Under the pieces are notes generated by a model. That model did no database searches. It had not been told where the DNA came from and was given only the letters and a program-made list of their open reading frames with translations. Positions 54,027 through 64,000 of a stretch of 64,000 nucleotides of DNA are shown here, one piece after another. The DNA is taken from assembly GCA_951406725.2 (NCBI GenBank), contig OX597818.1:39060001-39124000 (forward strand), read 5' to 3'. Position numbers and translations under genes: made by a program. The first letter of the stretch is position 1; each line of letters opens with the position of its first letter. This DNA comes from Octopus vulgaris. Lineage: Eukaryota.

Positions 54027-55107
54027 ATATATATATAATACATACATACTCTTCATATAAAAGAATCTTCTTTGTAATGTCTGTCTAATTTTACTCACAA
54101 GGCGTTGGTCAGTCTGAGGCTAAAGTAGGGGCCACAAACTGACCCTAATCCTAACCTTAACCCGTACTTAAACAACGCCATTGCTTTATACATAGAATAA
54201 ACATAATAATGAACCACATAGAGATAATGCAATTAAATATTGTATTTTAAATTAGAAATAAACTTTAAATGCTATGTAGCAGTGATATTAACACATTATG
54301 TGTAAAAGTTTTCCTGTCAAAAATATCAAATCTAATCTTAAGAAAATGTAAGATCAAACAATATTGATTAAATAAACAATTTCTGTTTTTGTGTCTAATT
54401 TTGTTACTATATCATTACAAATAGCAATGAATTTCTTTACTGCTACCACTAAAAATTTCATAACAATGTAGATGTACTATGCCTTGATTTCTTCTTAATA
54501 CTCAGGACAGCTAAAGCCTACATGATAGAGTATAGATGAAGCATTCAAAATAAAGTCACTTAAGAACTTCGACTTAGTTTAAAAAAATTTCTACCTTCTT
54601 TCAGCAAACATTCTCACATAAACCAATCCAATTAGTAATAATACATATTTAATATGTTGGTTTGTTGCATTTCAAAATTATACTTACATTATATCCCAAG
54701 CAGTGTAATGTCCAGATGACTTAGACCAAAAGATATTAGATCATATAGCAAACATGAGAATTCTTCAACTCTGAAGTTTTCTCTTTTGAACTTCTGTTGC
54801 TGTACCTCATACCGCTTAATTGGGTAATATAATATTATTGAAGTTCTGAGTATAAAACTACAATGAAACAGAGCAACTTTAAATTATACAGACTTCACCA
54901 CTTGTGCAATAAACTCTGCATATTTTGAACTCTTATAACACATCTAGATCCTTTGAAGCTTATGTTTTCAAGTTACCTCTATATCATATACACTATAAAT
55001 ATAGGTAAATTTTGTAATGTGGTATTTTGTAGTGGCTGTTTTCCATGGAATACAAAAGATGGACACTATAAAAGATTTCTTATTCATATTGTTTGTTTCA
55101 CTTTCAG

Positions 55108-55245
55108 AAACCCTTTAATGATGTCTTCCTATCTCTGATTGGAGATGACCAAGCTCCAACCCTCTTTAGTATTGATCCTGCAACAGGGATTATAACAGCA
55201 CCAAGAGAAAATGATCTTCAGCAAGATAGTGACAGTCTTTATAAA
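55108..55245 (+). CDS. cadherin exon 19 (short, 46 aa KPFNDVFLSLIGDD...DSLYK)
   Basis: ctttcag|AAA...AAA|gtaag. Confidence 0.92.
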
Positions 55246-55496
55246 GTAAGTTATTCCCTTGGTATGCTTCTTTATTTCATATTGCAAGAACTGTAAGAGT
55301 TGACTAATTTTACATTTCTTATAAGACAGGCCATCATAAGGGAGTCAGAAAGAGTCCCATTTTTATTTCTGCCTTTCTGTGTATGGGTATTTCAATAAGT
55401 CAAGTAATTCCAAGTGTTATTTGAAACTAGAATAATAAAATTAGCTAAAAATTTTATAGTTCTATATGTTATTTAAATTTTATCTTTATTTTCCAG

Positions 55497-55679
55497 TTGA
55501 GGATCCTGGCCAAAGATGGAGGATCACCACCACTGACCAGTACAGCTACGCTCCTTGTCCAGATAAACAAGAATAGAAACCCTCCAGCATTCTCACATGC
55601 AGATATATCTGTTAGCATAGCATATACAACTCCTGTTGGTGAAATTGTAGTTGATGTCAATGCCACTGATCCAGATATG
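55497..55679 (+). CDS. cadherin exon 20 (long, 61 aa LRILAKDGGSPP...NATDPDM)
   Basis: tttccag|TTG...ATG|gtatg. Confidence 0.93.
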
Positions 55680-55738
55680 GTATGTATATGGTGGTTGTTG
55701 AATAACTACTGAGTTGACCACTTTTTATATTTTCTTTC

Positions 55739-56165
55739 TAGGCGTAGGAGTGGCTGTGTGGTAAGTAGCTTGCTTACAAACCACATGGCTCTGGGTTCAG
55801 TCCCACTGTGTGGCACCTTGGGCAAATGTCTTCTACTATAGTCTCGGGCCGACCAAAGCCTTGTGAGTGGATTTGGTAGACGGAAACTGAAAGAAGCCTG
55901 TCGTATATATGTGTACATATATATATGTATGTGTATGTGTGTATATTTTTGTGTGTGTGTGTTTGTCCCCCCCCCCCCAACATCGCTTGACAACCGATGC
56001 TGGTGTGTTTACATCCCTGTAACTTAGCGGTTCGGCAAAAGAGACCGATAGAATAAGTACTAGGCTTACAAAGAATAAGTCCTGGGGTCAATTTGCTCGA
56101 CTAAAGGCAGTGCTCCAGCATGGCCACAGTCAAATGACTGAAACAAATAAAAAAGTAAAGAGAGA
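55739..56165 (+). mobile_element. SINE family A (well-conserved copy)
   Basis: full head, body and tail. Confidence 0.9.
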
Positions 56166-57044
56166 GCATTCCATTTAGAATATGATACCTTTCTGTTGTG
56201 GGCCTCCCATGATGACAAAGACAAAGACATAGTATGGCAAAACAAAAGGTTTACCTCCCAGACACGGATGATACTTCATCAGGTGGTGGAGTTGCATGCA
56301 TGATTTTCGCCCCTATTACACTTTCTCTGTGTAAACAAATGAAAAAAAAAAAATGCAAAGAGTGATATTTTATTGTAACAAAAAATAAAAAAAAAGATCC
56401 ACTACCTGTTTATGATTCCAAGAAGTTCAAATTTTATTTTTAAAAAATGGGTCCAAAAATTACATGCAACAAATTTTATCTTGTCAAACATTTAAGCAGC
56501 ATGAATATCCATATTCTAAATGCTCAATGCCATTAAATTAGCATCAATCAAAAACACAAAAAGATTGCCAGAGAGTACAAACACTACAGTGCAGTCCTTT
56601 TGGCTAACTTTGCAATTAGTGGGATAGACAAAATGCTTTGTGGCATTTAGATGACTACAGTTATGTTCTGAGTTCAAATCCTCTAAAATTGACTTGGCCT
56701 AAAATAAGTACCTGTCGAGTACTTGTCACTCTAATTAACTATATCCATTACCAAAATTTAAGATGTGTACCTGCATTAGAATTCAATAATTATTTTCATA
56801 CTTGCCTTATTGGATTCAATTTGGTCTATCCTGGAAATAATATCTAGTTGCCTTTGAAGATATTATATAATTGCAGTTAACCTCTAAAAATGGAAGGTGA
56901 TGTTTATTTATTCATTTAATTCTATCTAAATATGAAATGACATTGTGTATAAAAGTTTGTTGAGAAAAGTTAGTTGATGTCTAATAAAGTATCTTCATAT
57001 TTTGCTTTACTAACTATTCCAATTTGTATTGTCCCTTTATTTAG

Positions 57045-57179
57045 CCAAGCACTCCTAATTCTGTGGAGTACAAAGCTAATTGGATAGATGATGCACCAAC
57101 GTATTTTTACTTGAACCAACAAGATGGTACTATCATATTGAAGAAACCATTGCCTAAAACTGGAACATCTGCTTTTCAG
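57045..57179 (+). CDS. cadherin exon 21 (short, 45 aa PSTPNSVEY...DGTIILKKPL...AFQ)
   Basis: tatttag|CCA...CAG|gtgag. Confidence 0.91.
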
Positions 57180-58727
57180 GTGAGCAAAGTATTTCAAGCA
57201 GGTTCTTACATGAATCTTTTATATATTTTTTCCCTTTATGTTATTATTTCATTGTGTCTCTTTCAATTAAATTAAAACAACAATATTTAATGAAGAAAAA
57301 AGTATTATAATTAGCAACCAAATCTCATTTTGAAACAATTTCTCTTTAGAATTTAATATTTTACCTTTTTTAAAAAAATTTTCAGTTTTTTATTTTATAA
57401 TTATTAAACTAATAACTGTATGAGAAACTTTCTTCTTAATGTTCAGACTTTTCAAACTAGCATATCCTGATAGATATGTCTGACAAGTTGTGGTGCACCT
57501 GAGCACTGTATACAATAATTTCATTATTATTATTATAGATGGTTACACTGAACAGATTAGATGTTTTCATACCTTTTACTATAAGAGAGATATTTTCTCC
57601 ATGGTAGCTGCAGTGTATTTGTTCTTTAGCAGCTGAAATATGTCACAAACATATTTTAACTAACCTAAACTTTGCTTATGTCTAAACACAGCTTAGTGCT
57701 AACATTTCGTTAGAATATCTTTCTTTAATAATATTTGTGATTGGAAAGAGTCCATTACCAACTAGAAAACACAAACATACAAACCATAGGGCGAAGTCTT
57801 TTAATAATTGCTTGACTAGCTAAAAATTATACTCAACACTTTTTTCATCTTAAAAGAAAGGAAGAAAATATTAAACAGAGTTTGAGGCAAGTGTGCTAAG
57901 TGGTAGTAAGTAAAGATGCAATGTTAATATCAGTTCGAATATGCTACGAACATGTTTGGACTTTTAAACAAGCCATTTGCTGAGTTTATAGAACCATTTC
58001 ATGTATTTAAAAATAAGGACATATTTCTGGGAGGATCTTTTAAAAACTGGGCACTCTTACTGATGCTAAACCATACCAGATTTTCAAGTTAGAGGTATTT
58101 TTTTATTTTGTGGATCTGGAAAGGCAGAGTGATCAGACATAGAATCAACAAGGAATGCAAATATTATTCACCATTTCACACAACCAAAGCTGTGGAAATG
58201 TCAACATAAAACACAGACACATGCAGATATGGTTGTATGCAGCAGCAATCAAAGCTGTGGGACTGAGAAGTTTGCTTCGTAACCACAAGGTTTTGGGTTC
58301 AGTTGCATTGTGCAGTTCCTTGGATTAGTGATTAAAAGACCTTGAATGAAACTGCACAGAAAATTATGCCCAATTGTATATGCAATTGCCCATACTCTGT
58401 GCAGCGGAAATGCATGTAGGTTGCATGATCTGAATTTATTCTATTTGTGCAGCACCATTGCAATAGTTTTACACTATCTATATATATAGTTCCAGTTAGA
58501 GATTACAATTTTGTTTTTGGAAGTGACTTGAGTGCATGATATTGTTAAACTGCAAAAACAGCGAGATATGTACCTACTGCTTTTGTGATCACTTCTGGTA
58601 TGATTTTATTCCACCTATTTCTGAGATATATTGTGTTTTTTTATCACAGTTTCTGTCATTTAAATAACACATGTACTCTTAAATACATAGTATCGGTACC
58701 GTTTATCTACATACATATATATGTTAT

Positions 58728-58770
<43 letters not shown>

Positions 58771-58926
58771 TTTAAGTTTGTTTACATGAAACGTTTTTGA
58801 GTAGTCATATAAAAACTCCTATTTTATTATGGCAACCACAGTCTATTGATACCAACTTGCAATAGCAGTTTTATGGGGTTGTAACAAGCTGTGCTGATAA
58901 AATGTAGGATAAATACATACATACAT

Positions 58927-59088
58927 ACTACACTCTCAGAGTGGTTGGCGTTAGGAAGGGCATCCAGCTGTAGAAATTCTGCCAGATCAGATTGGAGTCT
59001 GGTGCAGCCATCTGGTTCACCAGACCTCAGTCAAATCGTCCAACCAATGCTAGCATGGAAAGTGGATGTTAAATGATGATGATGATCA
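58927..59088 (+). mobile_element. short RTE 3' tail insertion (another at 59800-59983)
   Basis: gagtggttggcgttaggaagggcatccagctgtag...gttaaatgatgatg. Confidence 0.8.
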
Positions 59089-59542
59089 TGAAACATACAT
59101 ACAAACATACATACATACATACATACATACATACAAACATACATACATACATACATACAAACATACATACATACATGCATACATACATACATAATGCATA
59201 CATGCATTTATATATGCAAGTGTGCGTACCTATACATGTGTGTGTCTATGTGTTTGTATACATCTACTATTCACTAATCCAAAAGTTACAAGTTCAGGTG
59301 GCTTTCTTATTGACACTTCTGTTAATAAATAACCCACTTGATTTGGTCCTTCAAAGCCATGTGGAATAAAACATCCCTCACCTGAAAAATAGATTAGGGT
59401 TAATATCAGGAAGGGCGTTCAACTGTGAAATAGATACTTCAATAACATATTTTGTCTAACCATGCTTGCACAGATAAAATGAATGACAAAAAAATTAATT
59501 TTTCCATTCTTTTTCTATTTTTTCTTTCAATATATTTTCTAG

Positions 59543-59719
59543 TTTCAAGTTGAAGCTTCTGACAAAATGCAACCTGTAAGGACCAGTACAATCAACGTGC
59601 GAATCAATATTTTGAGGGATGCTAATACACTGACATTTTCTCAGCCATCTTATAGCACAAGGATAAGCGAGAATTTGGCTGTTTCAGCTCCTGTACTAAC
59701 AGTTGCAGCAAGTCCCCCG
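59543..59719 (+). CDS. cadherin exon 22 (long, 59 aa FQVEASDKMQP...VAASPP)
   Basis: ttttctag|TTT...CCG|gtaag. Confidence 0.92.
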
Positions 59720-59999
59720 GTAAGTAAGACACATTTCTTTGTGTTTGTAAATTATTTTTACTTGCTCATTCTATCTACTTTCCATTCGTAAATACATACA
59801 TCATGTAAAAAGCACCTAAGAAACTTTGTAAAGTGATTGGCACTGGGGTAGGCAACCAGCTATAGAAACTATGCTGCAACAGACATTTGGAGTCTTGACA
59901 GCTCCCTGGCTGACCAGCTCCTGTCAAACCATCCAACCCAGGCGAGCATGGAAAACGGATGTTAAATGATGATGATGATGATGCACACAAATTTACATA

Positions 60000-60402
60000 T
60001 AGGCGCAGGAGTGGCTGTGTGGTAAGTAGTTCGTTTACCAACCACATGGTTCCGGGTTCAGTCCCACTGCGTGGCACCATGGGCAAGTGTCTTCTACCAA
60101 AGCCTTGTGAGTGGATTTGGTAGACGGAAACTGAAAGAAGCCTGTTGTATATATGTATATATATATATATATATATATGCGTGTGTGTGTTTGTGTGTCT
60201 GTGTTTGTCCCCCTAGCTATGCTTGACAACCGATGCTTGTGTGTTTATGTCCCCGTTACTTAGCGGTTTGGCAAAAGAGACTGATAGAATAAGTACTGGG
60301 CTTACAAAAGAATAAGTCCCGGGGTCGAGTTGCTCGATTAAAGGCGGTGCTCCAGCATGGCCGCAGTCAAATGACTGAAACAAGTAAAAGAGTAAAAGAG
60401 AG
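60000..60402 (+). mobile_element. SINE family A
   Basis: full head, body and tail. Confidence 0.9.
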
Positions 60403-60678
60403 TATACATACACACACATACAAGCATTTATGCATTCATATATATATACCTAGTAACTTTTTTCGGTTATTATCTGAATTCTAGCTCACGAACCTACCTA
60501 ACAGTTTCATACACACACACACATATGTATGTATGTATGCATGCATACATGTATGTATGTGTGTGTGTATGTATATATATTTATGCATATATATATATAT
60601 ATATACACACACAAAGAAAAGAAAAGAATAAATAGAATCAAAAGGAAGAGGGAGTACGATTTGACAGCTGTTTAATGG

Positions 60679-60780
60679 CTACTACACATGTTTCGATGCA
60701 GCATAGATCCACATATATACAGGATTTAAATTATGTAACGTTTACCTGTATACTAGGACCTAGTTGTATCTCCTCAGGTG
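60679..60780 (-). ncRNA. decayed type I hammerhead motif with extended stem II
   Basis: CAC-CUGAGGA-GAUACAAC...GCUGCAUC-GAAAC-augu-GUA-GUA; core intact, stems mismatched. Confidence 0.55.
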
Positions 60781-61197
60781 ATATATAATTGTTGTCTCCG
60801 TAAATAAATGTTTGATTTCTTAACAGAATACACCTCAACTATATATATATTTATAGTGTGTGACTTTGTGTACAAATAGATGCAGAACTACTACTATTGA
60901 GTTTAGGGTAGCAAATGCTGAAGAAATTAAAATAAACACTCGTTTATATCATTTATTTCTAAGTTCATTTTACTATTATGGTTGTCTAGAACTCTACATT
61001 ATGTTGCAGAGAGCTGAAGTCTTTCGCTCTCTACAACATAATGCAATAATCTGTTCTCTGGTGATCTGTTGTGTTGTATTTAGAATATCCGATGCAGAGG
61101 TTAAAACAACCAGGAGAGTATAATGTACAGAAAAGAAGAAATGATATAAACATGTGTTTATTGTAATTTTTCATATATAGAATATAAAGAAAGTCAG

Positions 61198-61515
61198 AGT
61201 GGAGGTGCAAAGGTCCAGTGGTTAGGGCAGTGGACTCGTGGTTGGGAGATTGTGGTTTTGATTCCCAGACCTGGCGTTGTGTGTGTTTATTGAGTACAAA
61301 CACCTAAAAGCTCCACGAGGCTCCAGCAGGGGGTGGTGGCAACCCCTGTTGTACTCTTTCACCCCAACTTTCTCTCACTCTTTCTTCCTGTTTCTAGAGT
61401 AATGCTGTGATAGACGGGCATCCCGTCCAGCCGGGGGGAACAAAATATGCCATAGAAACCGGGAAACTGGGCCCATGAGACTGGCTAGGCTTGAAAAGGG
61501 TGCATAAATAAAAAA

Positions 61516-61546
<31 letters not shown>
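61198..61546 (+). mobile_element. SINE with family C head but different 3' half, (AAAT)n tail, 12-bp TSD
   Basis: aaagaaagtcag at 61186-61197 and 61547-61558. Confidence 0.85.
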
Positions 61547-62137
61547 AAAGAAAGTCAGGAGGTATGAGATGAATATCTTTATTTAACCAGTTGATCCCTA
61601 TAGGATGAGGATTGTTTTGTGGCCAACATTATGGAAAAATAATTTATTATACCCTAAAATAAGTTATTTTTCTATGATGTTAGCTGCAAAATGATCATAA
61701 TCCTATGATATCAACTGGTGAAATAAATATATTCATCTCATATCTCCTCACGTTATATTCTATATACTCTTCATGAAATAATCTTCACTGATTGGTTTTA
61801 CGAGATTTCAGTTGCATAGGACTCTACATTACACACTTATGTATTGGTTTACTTTGTAGTTTGTAGCATGGTCCACTAAAGGGGCTTTTTTTTTTTAGTA
61901 TCACTGGATTATATAAATCCATTTTTGTGCGTGTGTGTTGTGTTTGTCTCCCATCACTGCCTGACATCTGGTGTTGGTTTGTTTATATCCCCATGATTTA
62001 GCAGTTTTGCAAAGAAAGAAGAAGTACCAGGTTTAAAAATAAGTACTGGGGTTGACTTGTTTGACTAAACCCTTCAAGGCAGCATCCCAGCATAGATGCA
62101 GTCCAAAGACTAAAACAAGTAAAAAGCTAAAAGACAT

Positions 62138-62568
62138 TCTCTTTTACTTGTTTCAGTCATTTGACTGTGGCCATGCTGGAGCACAGCCTTTAGTCGAGCA
62201 AATCGATGCCAGGACTTATTCTTTGTAAGCCTAGTACTTATTCTATCGGTCTCTTTTTGCCGAACTGCTAAGTTACGGGGATGTAAACACACCAGCATCG
62301 GTTGTCAAGTGATGTTGGGGGGACAAACGCAGACACACAAACATACACACACACACACACACACACACAGACACACACACATATATATATATATACATAC
62401 ATATATGCGATGGGATTCTTTCAGTTTCCGTCTACCAAATCCACTCACAAAACTTTGGTCGGCCTGAGGGTATAGCAGAAGACACTTGCCCAAGGTGCCA
62501 CGCAGTGGGATTGAACCCAGAACTATGTTGTTGGTAAGCAAGCTACTTACCACACAGCCACTCCTGCT
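62138..62568 (-). mobile_element. SINE family A, antisense, tail-to-tail with an older 3' fragment (61925-62130)
   Basis: reverse complement of family A. Confidence 0.9.
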
Positions 62569-62701
62569 ATAATAACTGCTATATTTATGACTTCTAAGTC
62601 ATGATGATGATTTTAGAATGTTAGTTTTGTCTTATTTTGAAAGTGAAACGCTTTATAACATTACAATTTAGATAACTGTCTTAAACAATTTTATATTTCA
62701 G

Positions 62702-62827
62702 CCTGACATTTCTTATACACTCACTGGTCTTAACCAAGCCATGGATTATTTCCAAATCAATGAAAGGGGAGATATAAGCGTGAAAAGTAGCTTAATTTCA
62801 GACAAATTCAAACAAACTGTTTATTAT
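62702..62827 (+). CDS. cadherin exon 23 (short, 42 aa PDISYTLTG...FQINERGDI...TVYY)
   Basis: atttcag|CCT...TAT|gtaag; not in the ORF track. Confidence 0.9.
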
Positions 62828-63431
62828 GTAAGTATGAAATCAATTCTTTAAAACAAATATCGTGGCTGAACTTGTGATAGGTGGCAAGAAACCACATTTG
62901 TCCTCTGTTACTCTTTTTCTTCTCTCTTATACTTTCACTTTCGTCCTGATTTTCTCTTTCTCATTTTTTTCTTCCTTCCTTTCATTTAAAAAGCAATTGC
63001 AAAGGACATAGCAGTTCTATAAAATAATGTCTAAAGTAATCTTGTAGTTCAAAAGAGAGGAAGAAAAAAAAAAAGGCAAAAACACAATCAACTGCTATTA
63101 ATGAAGTTACCTCTTATATCTGAAAGTGATTATTCTTTCAACTATAAACAATTTTTGTGTGGCTTTCAAAATGTTAAAAATGAAAGAGCATTGAACCTCC
63201 ACATTTAAACAGCCTCATGAAACCATTGAGTATTTCTTCTACTGTAGAACATGCATACATACATAGATACATACATACATACATACATACATTGTCTCAC
63301 TCATACCAGCATGGAAGGCAGATGTTAAATGATGATGATGATATATATGCATATACACATATATTCATACATACATGTATGTATGTATGTATTATGTATG
63401 TATGTATGTATATATGTATGTATGAATGTAT

Positions 63432-63540
<109 letters not shown>

Positions 63541-63880
63541 TACAGGTACAACATTGATTTTCTAGAAACATTTTGTTCCAGATAATTGATATTTTTTCAA
63601 ACCAGAGCTGGTGACCTTAGCCAAGACGCTATAAATTTTAACAAAAGTCAGCTTTACTTAAATAATTATAAGAAATACAGTTCCTCTCCATTAGCTCAAA
63701 TCAGTGTGGATTCTAAAAGGCTCTGGGGCATCAGTGTACAGAAAGTCAAACATTAAACTGAAAGGTTGCCTGCTATCCTTCAGTAAAGTTGCAAGGAAAA
63801 GACTGACCACTGCTTCACCAGACTGTCAAATGGAAGTTATATAGCCAAAATTTCAAAGAAACTGTTCATTGTAAAAAGTG

Positions 63881-63972
<92 letters not shown>

Positions 63973-64000
63973 CGATACATACATACATACATACATACAT

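Noticed and set aside
54138-54165. Telomere-like ccctaa repeats
   Set aside because: Only about three degenerate units; not an interstitial telomere array.

Overview
AT-rich, microsatellite- and retroposon-dense animal DNA. The SINE/LINE repertoire suggests a cephalopod such as Octopus (inference). The window lies inside one large + strand gene. I traced 23 AG/GT-bounded coding exons (4193-62827) that splice into an open frame of about 1,270 aa, about 12 cadherin-like repeats of a giant Fat/Dachsous-like cadherin; neither start nor stop is in the window. Every intron is phase 0. Exons alternate long/short, one per half repeat, with one fused exon. The canonical DxNDN and LDRE calcium motifs are replaced by an (R/K)-N-x-x-x-P linker, and the repeats alternate between two types. 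Introns hold four tRNA-derived SINE families, RTE, CR1/L2-like, L1/Tx1-like, R4-like and Penelope-like remnants, and hAT and piggyBac-like MITEs. They also hold several type I hammerhead ribozyme motifs: one intact pair in a 330-bp palindrome and one apparently scrambled. Most supplied ORFs are microsatellite artefacts. Family names come from motif recognition, not database searches, and repeat boundaries are approximate.
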